Source: an uncultured bacterium (GTDB lineage Bacteria > Margulisbacteria > Marinamargulisbacteria > SXXA01). Taken from it: a stretch of DNA of 64,000 bases. The stretch is from assembly GCA_903864835.1 (NCBI GenBank), contig CAIPHK010000032.1, forward strand, positions 3,230 through 67,229, read 5' to 3'. The translations under genes were made by a program, and so were the position numbers. Under the pieces are notes generated by a model. That model was given only the letters and a program-made list of their open reading frames with translations, made no database searches and was not told the origin of the DNA. Each line of letters starts with the position of its first letter. Positions within the stretch are counted from its first letter, which is position 1. Positions 10,328 through 21,083 of this stretch are shown here, one piece after another.

Positions 10328-11276
10328 GTCCTAAATTAAAAATATATCCGGGGCGATCGGCCATTGATTTAAGAATATGGGTGACCTTGGCTTCGAGAAT
10401 CTCATGGGATGCGTACAACATCATGGGATCCATATTGCCTTGAAGCGCAATGTCCGCAGGCATTAATTGTCCCATGGCACCGATATCCACTTGCCAATCC
10501 AATCCGATGACTTGTACAGGAAGCTGGGATAGCTCTTTCCAAAATACTGACGTTCCCTTGGCAAACAGGGTGATGGGAATGCCCGCTGGGTTTCTGAGCC
10601 GGTTTAAAATCGCCCGAATCGGTCGAATCACCAAGGACTGGAATTCTGGGTAGCTTAAAAGTCCTGCCCAAGTGTCAAATATCTGAATAGCGTCGACCCC
10701 AGCCTCAATTTGCATGTTGAGGTAGTCAGCAGTGGCTTTAACCAATTGGTCCATCAGCTGTTCCATCGTTTCAGGTTGTGAGTAGATTAACTCTTTCATG
10801 ATTCGCAGGTCTTTGGAACTTCCTCCCTCGACCATATACGAGGCCACGGTGAACGGAGCTCCCGCGAACCCGATCAACGGGGTGTCGCCCAATTGGGTTT
10901 TGAGAAGTCGAATGGCCTGGGGGACATAGTCCAACCGTTCACGAAGGGAGCTGCTACTCAATTGATCCGCATCGGCCATCGTTCGAACCGGATTGGAAAT
11001 GACGGGGCCTTTCCCTTCAACAAAATTGAGATCCGAACCCAATGCATCGGCCACAGTCAGAATGTCTGAAAATAAAATGGCGGCATCAAATCCAAAACGA
11101 CGGATCGGTTGAAGGGTAATCTCTGTGGCTATTTCAGGGGTTCTAATCATGTCCAAAAACCCGTATTTTTCACGAAATGCGCGGTATTCTGGCAAATATC
11201 GGCCCGCTTGCCTCATGATCCAAATCGGTGGGCGTGATGTGGGCATACACCGTGTCGCGTCTAAATACAAACTCAT
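10239..11276 (-). CDS. hemE: Uroporphyrinogen decarboxylase.
   Basis: N-terminal 'PPIWIMRQAGRYLPEYR' is a HemE signature. 345 aa. Confidence 0.85.
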   Translation of the reverse strand: MSLYLDATRCMPTSRPPIWIMRQAGRYLPEYRAFREKYGFLDMIRTPEIATEITLQPIRRFGFDAAILFSDILTVADALGSDLNFVEGKGPVISNPVRTMADADQLSSSSLRERLDYVPQAIRLLKTQLGDTPLIGFAGAPFTVASYMVEGGSSKDLRIMKELIYSQPETMEQLMDQLVKATADYLNMQIEAGVDAIQIFDTWAGLLSYPEFQSLVIRPIRAILNRLRNPAGIPITLFAKGTSVFWKELSQLPVQVIGLDWQVDIGAMGQLMPADIALQGNMDPMMLYASHEILEAKVTHILKSMADRPGYIFNLGHGILPDVNPDQVQRVVQLVQQFKNERIHA

Positions 11277-11710
11277 TGGGCACCTCTTTTTGTGGAATTC
11301 ATTGCTTCGATATACGCGACGATTTTACCAATATCTTCATCGCGAATCCGTCCTGAAAATGCCGGCATTCCTGCCGCCGGGTTTCCTGAGCGAATTCGCC
11401 CAACGATATATCGGACGTTATCTCGGTCAAAGGTCCAGTCGGGGCGAATTAACGCGGGCCCGGTTCGTCCCGTGGCATTTGATCCGTGACACCCCGCACA
11501 TTGATTGACGAATAATATACCCCCCAGTTCCAGACCTTCGTTATGGCTTGGGATCGATTCCAGGTGAATGTCTTTTGACTTCTTAAGTTCGGTTGCAGCA
11601 ATTGCTTGCGATGCTGTGACACTCTGGACCATATACTTCATCAAAACCCCGCCAAATACGATAAATGAAGCCCCAAACACAATCGCAACGGACCTAAATC
11701 TAACTTTCAT
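11273..11710 (-). CDS. Class I c-type cytochrome, secreted.
   Basis: Signal peptide, the single heme-binding motif 'CAGCHG', and a distal 'GMPAF' Met ligand region. Its start overlaps hemE by 4 nt. Confidence 0.7.
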   Translation of the reverse strand: MKVRFRSVAIVFGASFIVFGGVLMKYMVQSVTASQAIAATELKKSKDIHLESIPSHNEGLELGGILFVNQCAGCHGSNATGRTGPALIRPDWTFDRDNVRYIVGRIRSGNPAAGMPAFSGRIRDEDIGKIVAYIEAMNSTKRGAQ

Positions 11711-11723
11711 ATCTCACTATCTC

Positions 11724-13121
11724 CTAAACTGTTCTCGAAAACCGACGCTCTGAATTTTGCTTTAAGTAGGCGTCAAAGCCCATGGCAACATTTCGCACAA
11801 ATAACCGACCCAACGGAGTCACCAGAATCCCCTGTTCCGTAAGCTCAATTAAGCCTTGGGACTCACAGGTTTTTAAGTGCGCCATACTGTCGGAAAAATA
11901 AGTATCAAAGTTAACATGATACCGAGAAAAAAACTCCTGTTTTTCCAATTTGAAATGACACATTAGCGATTGGATCACCCATTGGCGAATATGGTCATCC
12001 GGAGATAACTCTAGGCCCCGTTCCAGCGGAAGTCGCCCGTTATCCAAGTCGGCATAATATCGCTTTAAGTCCTTGGTCGATTGAACAAAATGACCGCTAA
12101 TATACCCGATTGAAGAGACGCCAATTCCTAAGTATTCGGTGGCGGGTTTTACGGTATACCCCATAAAATTGCGATGTAAGACCCCGTCGCGATAGGCCAC
12201 GGCCAATTCATCCGAGGACTTGGCAAAATGGTCCATGCCAATCGCGTCATATCCAGAGTTTAAAAAACGCCGCCGCGCTTCTAGGAAGATACCCAGTTTA
12301 TCGTCTTGTCCGGGTAATGCTTCTGTTGGAATCAGAGACTGGTGGGACTTGAGCCATGGGACATGCGCATAACTATATAAAGCGATTCGTTCAGGCGCCA
12401 ATCGAATAATTTCATCGGCAGTCGTCGAAAAATTCTCGACGGTTTGGTGGGGTAATCCATAGATCAAATCCACATTAATCGAAGGGAACCCTGCTGACCG
12501 TATCCATTGAAATAATTGGGTGACCAATTCAATGGATTGATGACGGTTAATCGCCGCTTGAACCGGCTCTGAAAAGTCTTGAATTCCCATAGAAATGCGA
12601 TTAAACCCAATAGCTTTTAAGGTATTTATTTGATCTTCAGTGACGGTTCTTGGGTCCACTTCTATTGCGACTTCGGCATCCGGGGCAATGTCACAGGTTC
12701 GATCGATTAGATTTTTGAGGGCACGCAATTCATCGGAAGTTAAAAAGTTAGGGGTTCCGCCACCGAGATGAAGCTGCTTAATTTGGGGACGGTGGGAGAT
12801 TCCGCTCAGGAGCAGGGTTAATTCTTTTTCAATATACGAAATGTACTCCAGTCCGACAGTCGCATTTGCTTTGCGAATGGCGACATTACATCCGCAGTAG
12901 TAACACATTTGGGTACAAAATGGGATGTGAATATATAGAGATACCGGTGTGTGGGTATGTGCCCATTGGTTGACCGCCTCACGATACTGATCCCGTGTGT
13001 ACTGATCAGACCATTCTGGAGCGGTGGGGTAGCTGGTGTACCGGGGGCCTGGTATATCCAAAGACCTAACCAATTCGGATGTAAGTGTAACGGACGATTG
13101 ATGCAAAAGACTGCCTCGCAA
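11724..13121 (-). CDS. hemN: Oxygen-independent coproporphyrinogen III oxidase (radical SAM).
   Basis: 'PGPRYTSYPTA' N-terminus and the 'CxxxCxxC' radical SAM motif 'CTQMCYYCGCN'. 465 aa. Confidence 0.85.
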   Translation of the reverse strand: MRGSLLHQSSVTLTSELVRSLDIPGPRYTSYPTAPEWSDQYTRDQYREAVNQWAHTHTPVSLYIHIPFCTQMCYYCGCNVAIRKANATVGLEYISYIEKELTLLLSGISHRPQIKQLHLGGGTPNFLTSDELRALKNLIDRTCDIAPDAEVAIEVDPRTVTEDQINTLKAIGFNRISMGIQDFSEPVQAAINRHQSIELVTQLFQWIRSAGFPSINVDLIYGLPHQTVENFSTTADEIIRLAPERIALYSYAHVPWLKSHQSLIPTEALPGQDDKLGIFLEARRRFLNSGYDAIGMDHFAKSSDELAVAYRDGVLHRNFMGYTVKPATEYLGIGVSSIGYISGHFVQSTKDLKRYYADLDNGRLPLERGLELSPDDHIRQWVIQSLMCHFKLEKQEFFSRYHVNFDTYFSDSMAHLKTCESQGLIELTEQGILVTPLGRLFVRNVAMGFDAYLKQNSERRFSRTV

Positions 13122-13178
13122 ATAATGTCCACCTAGTATAGCTGGCGTTTGCTAATCTCGCACAGGGCTGAGCATTAT

Positions 13179-13505
13179 CTACTGATCATTTTTTATAATT
13201 TTTAGATGTGGTGAATGATCCAATTCGCTTACGATTTCATCGATACGAGCTCTAAACTCGTCCAAAAAATGGTCTGCCATTAAATTGCCGTTTTGATAAA
13301 TTTTCCCAGATTCTGATTCTAAACGAATACTGGATTCGTGATAGGTTGTTTTTTCCTGATATTCAATCACAGTATCTCGCAATACGAGGCGGATATCAGC
13401 GGGATAAGGGACTTTTACCTCACCCACAATTTCTATATCCCCTTGAAATGATAATCGTCCGAGGCCCGTAGACTCATTTTCTGGATAAAAGTCGAAATAC
13501 GCCAT
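13179..13505 (-). CDS. Small hypothetical protein (108 aa).
   Basis: ORF between queG and hemN on the same strand with no recognisable motifs. Confidence 0.35.
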   Translation of the reverse strand: MAYFDFYPENESTGLGRLSFQGDIEIVGEVKVPYPADIRLVLRDTVIEYQEKTTYHESSIRLESESGKIYQNGNLMADHFLDEFRARIDEIVSELDHSPHLKIIKNDQ

Positions 13506-13571
13506 TACTATTCCCCTTAGTATTTAATTCGATAGCGTATTGATCCCTAAATGTGTAAATTTTAAACAATT

Positions 13572-14480
13572 TTACTGATACCGGACTGTTGAAACATTTT
13601 CCCATACACGTTTCCGGGACCGATATAATGGGGTATTCGTGGGAATATCCACGCTGCCGCTTTCGTCCGGTCTTAAATGGTGCCCAACCCCTGCCTGCGG
13701 TTTAAATTCATTCCAGTCAGTTAACGGTATATGGGGATGGTTAAAGGGACAGACCTCCTGGCAGATGTCGCAGCCAAATATCCATCCTTGGAATTTTTTG
13801 AGTTCATTTGATGAGACGGACGACTTCTTCTCGATGGTTTGGTAGCTGATACAAGCGGTGGTGTTAAATCCACCGTCCATTCCAATGGCCTGCGTGGGAC
13901 ACGCATCCACGCAGCGCTGGCAGGTGCCACAGCCGCCGTTAATCGGCCTATCGAATGGCAACTCCAAGGTCGTTAAAATGATCCCCAATAAAAAATAAGA
14001 TCCTAACTTAGGCCGAATTACCATACTGTTACGGGCCTTAAATCCGATGCCCGCCAAAATTGCCAGTGTACGCTCGGCCAAGGGACGACTATCCACCCCG
14101 ACGTAAAACGCCGCAGTGCGGTGAGCTGATTGAAGTTGCTCAACCATCGCATCCAATCGATCGGTCATGACAATGTGATAGTCCACTCCGGCTGCATACC
14201 GTGCGACTTTGAGGCCCCCATCGAGGGTTTGATCCGGACTGTTTTTGTAATTTTTAGCCACCACAATGGCGGACTTTACCCCTGGAAGTAGCAACTCTGG
14301 GTTTTCTTTAAACGGTAAATGCCGGGCCAAATACGCCATATCGCCATAGGTCTGATCCGCGACCATTTTGCGATACCCCTCCAAATGACTTTCTACAAAT
14401 GGAGAGGCAATGCCGCATACGTCAAACCCCTGATCCAACGCCAATTGAATGACATCAGATTTGAGATCCGCGGGAGTCAT
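13572..14480 (-). CDS. queG: Epoxyqueuosine reductase.
   Basis: N-terminal 'LGFDVCGIA', the 4Fe-4S ferredoxin motif 'CGTCQRCVDACP', and a C-terminal Cys cluster. 302 aa. Confidence 0.75.
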   Translation of the reverse strand: MTPADLKSDVIQLALDQGFDVCGIASPFVESHLEGYRKMVADQTYGDMAYLARHLPFKENPELLLPGVKSAIVVAKNYKNSPDQTLDGGLKVARYAAGVDYHIVMTDRLDAMVEQLQSAHRTAAFYVGVDSRPLAERTLAILAGIGFKARNSMVIRPKLGSYFLLGIILTTLELPFDRPINGGCGTCQRCVDACPTQAIGMDGGFNTTACISYQTIEKKSSVSSNELKKFQGWIFGCDICQEVCPFNHPHIPLTDWNEFKPQAGVGHHLRPDESGSVDIPTNTPLYRSRKRVWENVSTVRYQ

Positions 14481-15230
14481 CTACTCAAATAACGTTTCGC
14501 CGTATTGAATAGGCCCCAACGCAGGAAGTGCTAACTTACGGGTATCTAATATGACCACGGTGGAACCCAAATGGAAGGTTTTAATCCAATCCCCTGGATT
14601 AATCGCTACTGGCAATTGGTCCCGATCGAAGGTGGTGCTCATTGAGCCAACATTGAGGGCACCAACTGCTACCAGCGCGACCTGATGGCCACCGGTAACC
14701 GAAATAATCGAGACCAATCGTTCATTTTTACAATACAAATGGGGGATGGCTCGTAATTGTTTCTGCCGGACGGGATACAAACACCCTGGAATCAGTCGTG
14801 TGGATACAATCTGACCTTGAACCGGAGCAAAAATTCGATGACAGTCTTTTGGCGATAGATAAATCGTAGCAAAACTATGGTAACTGGTGCGAGATCCACC
14901 GAGTAGCGATGCGACCGAATACGTACTTCCTTTCACTTGGACCATCATTCCATCGCTAACGTAGCCTGCCGAAATAACCTCGCCGTCTGTCGGAGAGACT
15001 ACCGTGGCAGACGAAATCGGACGGCATTCCGATCGGATTTCTCGGGTGAAAAAAGCACCCAAACTCGGATACTCAGACAACGGCTGAGTGGCTTCATCCA
15101 GATTGATTTTGTAAGTCGAGGCGAACCATCGAATCATTCGTTGAACCAAAAATTGAGGGGCTTTAGCAGCGGACACCCATCCCACAATTCGGGATGAGGT
15201 ATGATGAAGAACGCGATGTATGAGTATCAT
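14481..15230 (-). CDS. psd: Phosphatidylserine decarboxylase proenzyme.
   Basis: 'FHLGSTVVIL' contains the LGST self-cleavage/pyruvoyl site. The size fits short-form PSD. Confidence 0.7.
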   Translation of the reverse strand: MILIHRVLHHTSSRIVGWVSAAKAPQFLVQRMIRWFASTYKINLDEATQPLSEYPSLGAFFTREIRSECRPISSATVVSPTDGEVISAGYVSDGMMVQVKGSTYSVASLLGGSRTSYHSFATIYLSPKDCHRIFAPVQGQIVSTRLIPGCLYPVRQKQLRAIPHLYCKNERLVSIISVTGGHQVALVAVGALNVGSMSTTFDRDQLPVAINPGDWIKTFHLGSTVVILDTRKLALPALGPIQYGETLFE

Positions 15231-15731
15231 CTATCGTCCCCTTGCTTTCCGAAATGCGTCAATAAATCGATCTTCATGTTTCACATTGGGAGGGATGGTG
15301 AGCGGCATCGCATGACCCGACAGTACAATTTCTTCGTTAAGCATTCGTCCGTCAGGTAAATAGACATACGCCAACAGTCGGCGGTATCGGTCCCTCTTTT
15401 GGACATCGAACTCAAGGATGATGACATCGTTGGCCTTCACGGTTTGTTCGAGATGCCGTTTTGCCGCCAGCCCTAGCGCGAGTACGGTGTTTACGTCTTG
15501 TTTCGATCGATAGACATCCCGCATCAGCTTATCGTTACGACGGCACTCGGGGGTATCCACTCCGATCAATCGGACGTATTCGCGATGTTTATTGTATCGG
15601 ATTCGTAATGTGTCTCCATCCACCACGCCAATGACGGTTGCGTTCTCTGTGATGGCCGCGTGAATAGGCGCAACCCAAACACCAAAGACCATGGCACAAA
15701 CGGCTATCCATTTTACCCACCGATTATTCAT
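15231..15731 (-). CDS. Secreted staphylococcal-nuclease-like thermonuclease (SNase fold).
   Basis: Signal peptide and the 'RLIGVDTPE' catalytic motif typical of SNase/thermonuclease. Confidence 0.7.
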   Translation of the reverse strand: MNNRWVKWIAVCAMVFGVWVAPIHAAITENATVIGVVDGDTLRIRYNKHREYVRLIGVDTPECRRNDKLMRDVYRSKQDVNTVLALGLAAKRHLEQTVKANDVIILEFDVQKRDRYRRLLAYVYLPDGRMLNEEIVLSGHAMPLTIPPNVKHEDRFIDAFRKARGR

Positions 15732-17350
15732 AGTTGACTCCCAATATAATTTTTTATTTCGTTAATATGCCGAACGGTTTGTTCCGGATCAAATCGCATT
15801 TCTAAAATCCATCGACCGCCGTCGGACAGAAAGACTTCCGAGAGGGTCGTATGGCATTCATTCAGGTTCCCTGCACATCGATAGTGGCAGTTAAATTGGC
15901 TTGCGATGTCCAGAAATCCGTACCCATGAGCGACCCGAAACAGGCGGTCATGATCCGGATACTCCCTAATGGGTAAATGCCGAAAAATCCCGCCGCCATC
16001 GTTATTGAATATGATGATGATCTGCAATGAATTGGAATCCCCTAAGGCAAAACTATTTAAGTCATGAAGTGCCGAGAGATCTCCCAAAATGGTAACCACT
16101 GGTCTTTTGCTGCCCATTCCTATCCCTGCCGATGTTGCAATTAAACCATCGATCCCGCTCGCGCCCCGATTAAACATCGCCCGGTAACGCGCAGTGGCAA
16201 AATGTCGGGTCATGCTCCACAGGCGAATCGCGAGGCTATTCCCAATAAAAACCGCGTATCGGTCGGAGAGATACCCCTGAATAATTGCCATAGCGCCAGC
16301 TTCCGTCCAGTGTTGGGTGAACATCGACTTTGAATTCATCAATGCGTTTGAAATCGATTGATGGGTTTTTAGAAATGCGCCTGACTCCCCAGTGGGTTGA
16401 ATTGCCGAAAAGATTTCTTTTAATGATCCAATTATCCAATGTTTTTGGCGATGTGTGGGATCTGATCTCTCGGGATAGTCTGTGGCATGGGTATACTTCC
16501 CGTGGAAACCCTCCAATGCGTGATTTAAGGGTTTCGAGAGCAATTTTCCGCCGATATGAACCACCGGTCCCGAGATTTTGGATAGCAGATCTGATGTCCA
16601 CCAATCCCCGGTTTCGATTAGGGGATGATGGGCCGCAACACTTCCGCAGAGGCCGTCGATTACGATCGGAATCCCGGACGCAACGAGCGACTTTGGCAGA
16701 TCCGAAATCGAGGCGCCCTCACCCACAACGACGACTCCGGCCTCAATTGGCTCAAAAATTACAGCCCGATTGGTCGGGAAAGAAAGGTTCGAAATACGGG
16801 GGGCTTCCGCTGGAATCGCCTTATTCCACAGAGGCTCTTTGAATCTCATGTTGAGATGAACGGGGCCCGGTGGTCCGGTCCGAATGCGGGCCATCGCTTC
16901 CATCGTTGCACCCATCCAATGCCGTGCGCCATCTTCGGTTTCGGCGGGATGCAGATCAATCGAAAATCGGCAGTAGGGTTTTAGAAACTCAGTTTGGCGT
17001 ATGGCCTGATTGCTTCCAACATCAATTAATTCAGTCGGCCGATCCGCCGAAATAATGATCATTGGCGTATAAGCGTAAAATGCTTCAATGACTGACGGGA
17101 GCAGATTCGCCACAGCGGTACCTGACGTCACAATCACTACTGCGGGTACCGACGATGATTTCCCTACCCCAACTGCCCAAAAACCCAGTCCGCGTTCATC
17201 AAAGTGGACACAAATATCCGGGGCTTCCCAAAGTGTTTCCGCGGCAACCACCAATGCGGTCGATCGGGATCCCGGCGCAATCCCGACGGATTTAACCCCC
17301 AGTGATTTTAAAGTAGCCAAACATCCTGCCGCTGCAGAAAGCGCGGTCAT
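15728..17350 (-). CDS. menD: 2-succinyl-5-enolpyruvyl-6-hydroxy-3-cyclohexene-1-carboxylate synthase (ThDP-dependent).
   Basis: 'PGSRSTAL', 'DERGLGFWAVG', 'TSGTAVANLLPSVIEA' and 'ADRP' are MenD hallmarks. Confidence 0.8.
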   Translation of the reverse strand: MTALSAAAGCLATLKSLGVKSVGIAPGSRSTALVVAAETLWEAPDICVHFDERGLGFWAVGVGKSSSVPAVVIVTSGTAVANLLPSVIEAFYAYTPMIIISADRPTELIDVGSNQAIRQTEFLKPYCRFSIDLHPAETEDGARHWMGATMEAMARIRTGPPGPVHLNMRFKEPLWNKAIPAEAPRISNLSFPTNRAVIFEPIEAGVVVVGEGASISDLPKSLVASGIPIVIDGLCGSVAAHHPLIETGDWWTSDLLSKISGPVVHIGGKLLSKPLNHALEGFHGKYTHATDYPERSDPTHRQKHWIIGSLKEIFSAIQPTGESGAFLKTHQSISNALMNSKSMFTQHWTEAGAMAIIQGYLSDRYAVFIGNSLAIRLWSMTRHFATARYRAMFNRGASGIDGLIATSAGIGMGSKRPVVTILGDLSALHDLNSFALGDSNSLQIIIIFNNDGGGIFRHLPIREYPDHDRLFRVAHGYGFLDIASQFNCHYRCAGNLNECHTTLSEVFLSDGGRWILEMRFDPEQTVRHINEIKNYIGSQL

Positions 17351-18477
17351 CTAGCCGCACCAAAAATCTTTAATTTCTGATTCAATTCAGCCCATTCTGA
17401 TTCAGGATCAGAGTCATGGACGATCCCAGCGCCTGAGCGGACGGATCCATGGCTGCCTTGCCATTCACAATAGCGTATCAAGACAATGAATTCTGAATAT
17501 TCAGGGGTCACAATGCCGAAAAGACCACTGTAGAATCCCCTCGGATTTTCGAGACTATTGATCAATTGAATCGCATCCGACTGAGGAACTCCGGCAACCG
17601 CTGGGGTAGGAAATAACGCTTGGATTAATGTGCCAATCCCCACACTGCATTGATCCGCCAAAATGGACGTCTTAAGATGTGCAACCTGAGATAGCCGTTG
17701 TAATTCCGTTGCAGAGACGGATGGTGTCAGCCCCATATTTTCCAGATTCAACCGAATCCAGTCACGGACGTAATCATGCTCGATACGATTTTTAGGCGAG
17801 CCTAACAATTCGTCGGCATCCGCCAATATTTGGGTTCCTGCAATGGCCTCAGTTTCAATTTGATTCTCCTGAATGCGGAGAAGTCGTTCGGGAGACACCG
17901 ACATAAATCCCTGATCGCGCCCAGTTTCAACTAATAGTCGGTATCCGTTGCTCTCGATCGAAAACATCTGTTCCGCAACATCAATCGGCGACTGCGTCAG
18001 TTCGAATCGACTTGTTCGGGACAATACGGCTTTGTCGACCGATGCCTGAACAATTGAAACCCGTCGTTTCCATTCAGCGAGATCAAAGTCGTGAACGAGC
18101 GTGGCGCCCAATTCATCCCGTTGAGCGTCGTTTGATGTTCCTTCGGCGGTGTACACCCACCGCGGGGCCCATATTGAAATGGGTGTTTTCGCAATTGCCC
18201 CCGTTGGAAATGGGACCCGTATCAATTTAAGAGGGTGTCGTTCCATGGAATGGATCATGGTTTCCATATTTTCAAGTAGTCCATTTTCTCGATGAATCAC
18301 CCCGCCCCCGCAGGTCACCTGTGACTGACCCCGTAATCCGACGCAAAACCGATCCCCGGCGGGCATTCGATTGAGGCACTCTTTCCATGTCAGGCCATCG
18401 TTGGTTTGGACACTGACTTGGGATTCAGTCGCCCCCAAATAGCCTTCTAGTAATTCGTGAGGAAGCGTCACGCTCAT
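17347..18477 (-). CDS. menF: Isochorismate synthase (chorismate-binding enzyme, menaquinone-specific).
   Basis: C-terminal chorismate-binding signature '...SGAGIVHDSDPESEWAELNQKLK'. It lies in the menD/menG cluster. Confidence 0.7.
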   Translation of the reverse strand: MSVTLPHELLEGYLGATESQVSVQTNDGLTWKECLNRMPAGDRFCVGLRGQSQVTCGGGVIHRENGLLENMETMIHSMERHPLKLIRVPFPTGAIAKTPISIWAPRWVYTAEGTSNDAQRDELGATLVHDFDLAEWKRRVSIVQASVDKAVLSRTSRFELTQSPIDVAEQMFSIESNGYRLLVETGRDQGFMSVSPERLLRIQENQIETEAIAGTQILADADELLGSPKNRIEHDYVRDWIRLNLENMGLTPSVSATELQRLSQVAHLKTSILADQCSVGIGTLIQALFPTPAVAGVPQSDAIQLINSLENPRGFYSGLFGIVTPEYSEFIVLIRYCEWQGSHGSVRSGAGIVHDSDPESEWAELNQKLKIFGAAR

Positions 18478-19166
18478 CGTTTTCCTATATATATCGACGC
18501 AATCCCACAGGTCATTGAAATCACAGTAACCTCCGAGAATCCGGCTTTTTTCATCAATTCCGCGAATTCTTGACCATAAGGAAACGCCTCGACGGATACA
18601 TTTAAATACTGATACGCGGCCCGATCTCCCGAAATAAGGCCCCCAAACACCGGTATGATACGTCTAAAATAAAATAGATAGAGCCGCTTGATTAAAAGGT
18701 TAGTCGGTATTGAAAACTCAAGGATGCACGCGGTTCCCCCAGGTTTCATGATGCGATACATCTCTTGAAGTGCACGCGGTACATCGGGGACATTGCGGAT
18801 CGCAAAGGCCATTGTTAGCGCATCAACGCTACATGCATCGAGAGGAATATCATCCGCGCTCCCCACCTTCAATTGAACCTGAGGCCCCCACTTCGCCACC
18901 TTCGGGGTTGCTAGATTAAGCATATCTTCAGCTGGATCAATTCCAATCAAGTGTCTATCCCTAAATCGTCTCGCCAATGCGACGAGAACGTCACCAGTGC
19001 CGGTGCCCAAATCCACGATGGTCTGACCCACTTTATGTGGAATTTGGGCCACGAGACGTTTTCGCCAATACCGATCAATCCCAAAGGATAGCCATCGATT
19101 CGCTCGGTCATAGGTCGGCGCAATTCGGTTAAACATCGTCCAACTCAATCGTTTCTCAATTAACAT
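18474..19166 (-). CDS. ubiE: Demethylmenaquinone/ubiquinone C-methyltransferase.
   Basis: SAM motif '[10 protein letters not shown]' and a UbiE/MenG-like C-terminus. Confidence 0.8.
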   Translation of the reverse strand: MLIEKRLSWTMFNRIAPTYDRANRWLSFGIDRYWRKRLVAQIPHKVGQTIVDLGTGTGDVLVALARRFRDRHLIGIDPAEDMLNLATPKVAKWGPQVQLKVGSADDIPLDACSVDALTMAFAIRNVPDVPRALQEMYRIMKPGGTACILEFSIPTNLLIKRLYLFYFRRIIPVFGGLISGDRAAYQYLNVSVEAFPYGQEFAELMKKAGFSEVTVISMTCGIASIYIGKR

Positions 19167-19211
19167 TGTTGTGTATTATGCCCTGCTCCGTCCTATGGTA
19201 CAATCCGGGCC

Positions 19212-19985
19212 ATGACCGACATACTGACAATCGCTGGCCAGGAGTTCAAAAGTCGACTATTGGTTGGGACCGGCAAGTTTAAGTCGGACGAGATTATGAA
19301 ATCGGCAATCACGGCTTCCGGCGCTGAAATTGTGACCGTGGCGGTACGTCGAGTGAATTTTGATGCCCCAACGGATTCGTTTACAACGGTCATTGACCCT
19401 ACTCAATACCTATTTTTACCCAATACATCAGGAGCAAGAACCTCCGACGAAGCCGTTCGCATTGCCCGAATCGGGCGATTTTCTGGGGTCTCGACTTGGA
19501 TAAAACTAGAAGTCATCCCAGATCCTAATTATTTAATGCCTGATCCAATAGACACCCTTAAAGCAGCCGAAATTTTGGTAAAAGAAGGCTTCACCGTCCT
19601 TCCCTATATCAACGCGGATCCTGTGCTTGCAAAACGTCTTGAAGAAGTGGGCTGTGCCACAGTGATGCCCTTGGCGGCACCCATCGGAAGTAACCAGGGA
19701 CTTCGCACCAAAGAACTCCTCCAAATCATTATCGATCAAGCGAGAATTCCAGTGGTCGTGGATGCTGGAATTGGGGCTCCTTCTCACGCAGCCGAGGCCA
19801 TGGAGCTTGGCGCGTCTGCGGTGCTTGTGAATACGGCTATTGCGACTGCAACCGATCCCGTAGGCTGTGCTAAAGCGTTTAGCCTTGCGGTCGAGGCCGG
19901 ACGACTCGGGTTTCTGTCCGGTCTTCCTGAACGGAATCGAATGGCCCATGCATCGTCCCCACTCACCGGATTTTTGAGTGTTTAG
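19212..19985 (+). CDS. thiG: Thiazole synthase.
   Basis: 'LLVGTGKF' together with a ThiG TIM-barrel sequence. 257 aa. Confidence 0.85.
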   Translation: MTDILTIAGQEFKSRLLVGTGKFKSDEIMKSAITASGAEIVTVAVRRVNFDAPTDSFTTVIDPTQYLFLPNTSGARTSDEAVRIARIGRFSGVSTWIKLEVIPDPNYLMPDPIDTLKAAEILVKEGFTVLPYINADPVLAKRLEEVGCATVMPLAAPIGSNQGLRTKELLQIIIDQARIPVVVDAGIGAPSHAAEAMELGASAVLVNTAIATATDPVGCAKAFSLAVEAGRLGFLSGLPERNRMAHASSPLTGFLSV

Positions 19986-21075
19986 TGAGATACTTCCCAC
20001 ATTAGATATTGAAGGACGACGGAATCGGCTTGATGAAGTGACGGCCGACAACGTCGCCGCAACCCTTCGAAAATCCCGTTTTACACCTGCTGACTTCCCG
20101 ACATTAATATCACCAGCCGCCCAAGCCTTTCTCGAACCCATGGCCCAGCTTGGCCATCAATTGACGGTCCAGCGATTTGGTCGGGTCATTCAGCTTTTCA
20201 TTCCCTTGTACATTTCTAACCTGTGTTACAACAAATGCACCTACTGCGGGTTCAGCGTCGACAAAAAATATCCCCGACGAATACTTAATGATTCCGAAAT
20301 TATCTCGGAGGCCAAAGTGTTGCAGGTTCGTGGGTTTCAGCATGTCATTGTTCTGACAGGGGAAGCGGAAGACAAGGTTGGGACGGAATACATTGCCCAT
20401 GCGATTACCTTGATGAAACCCTATTTTTCCTCGATCAGTATCGAAGTTCAACCGATGAACGAAGCAGACTATCTCAAAATGCGAGAGGTGGGTGTGGACA
20501 GCTTAACGTTGTTCCAGGAAACCTATCACCCGGACGCCTATGCCAAGTATCATCTTGCTGGAAAGAAAAAACATTTTTCCAATCGACTGGACGCAGTGGA
20601 TGCGGGGGCTAAAGCGGGATTTTACCGCATCGCATTAGGGGCGTTGTTAGGATTAACCGATTGGCGATATGACGCATTGGCCCTCTCCCAGCACATCATC
20701 TATCTACAAAAAAAATATTGGAGAACCCAATACGGCATTTCATTTCCACGAATCAAAGATATGGGCAGTGACTTTGATATCCAACATCCGGTAGCAGACC
20801 GCGATATAGTGCAATTCATTACCGCATTTCGGCTTTGTTTCCCCGATTTAGGTATCACATTATCCACTCGGGAATCGGCGACCCTTCGGGATCAATTGGT
20901 GCCACTGGGAATCACCCAAATGTCAGCCGAGTCCAATACATCGCCCGGGGGGTACTCTGGAATGGACGCAGAACCCCAATTCGAGACATCAGATCATCGG
21001 TCTTTGCAAGAAATTAGAGAGACGTTGGCAGGGTTAGGGTATGACTCAGTAATGAAAGACTGGGTAAACGCGTAA
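19978..21075 (+). CDS. thiH: 2-iminoacetate synthase (radical SAM tyrosine lyase).
   Basis: '[10 protein letters not shown]' radical SAM motif. It overlaps the thiG stop. Confidence 0.75.
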   Translation: MFSEILPTLDIEGRRNRLDEVTADNVAATLRKSRFTPADFPTLISPAAQAFLEPMAQLGHQLTVQRFGRVIQLFIPLYISNLCYNKCTYCGFSVDKKYPRRILNDSEIISEAKVLQVRGFQHVIVLTGEAEDKVGTEYIAHAITLMKPYFSSISIEVQPMNEADYLKMREVGVDSLTLFQETYHPDAYAKYHLAGKKKHFSNRLDAVDAGAKAGFYRIALGALLGLTDWRYDALALSQHIIYLQKKYWRTQYGISFPRIKDMGSDFDIQHPVADRDIVQFITAFRLCFPDLGITLSTRESATLRDQLVPLGITQMSAESNTSPGGYSGMDAEPQFETSDHRSLQEIRETLAGLGYDSVMKDWVNA

Positions 21076-21083
21076 AGGGCAAT

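Noticed and set aside
16236-16984. Several 120-170-aa ORFs on the plus strand and in other frames inside menD (16236-16604, 16330-16842, 16625-16984).
   Set aside because: They are embedded antisense or off-frame within a strongly supported MenD gene and have Arg-rich translations typical of a GC-skewed wrong frame.
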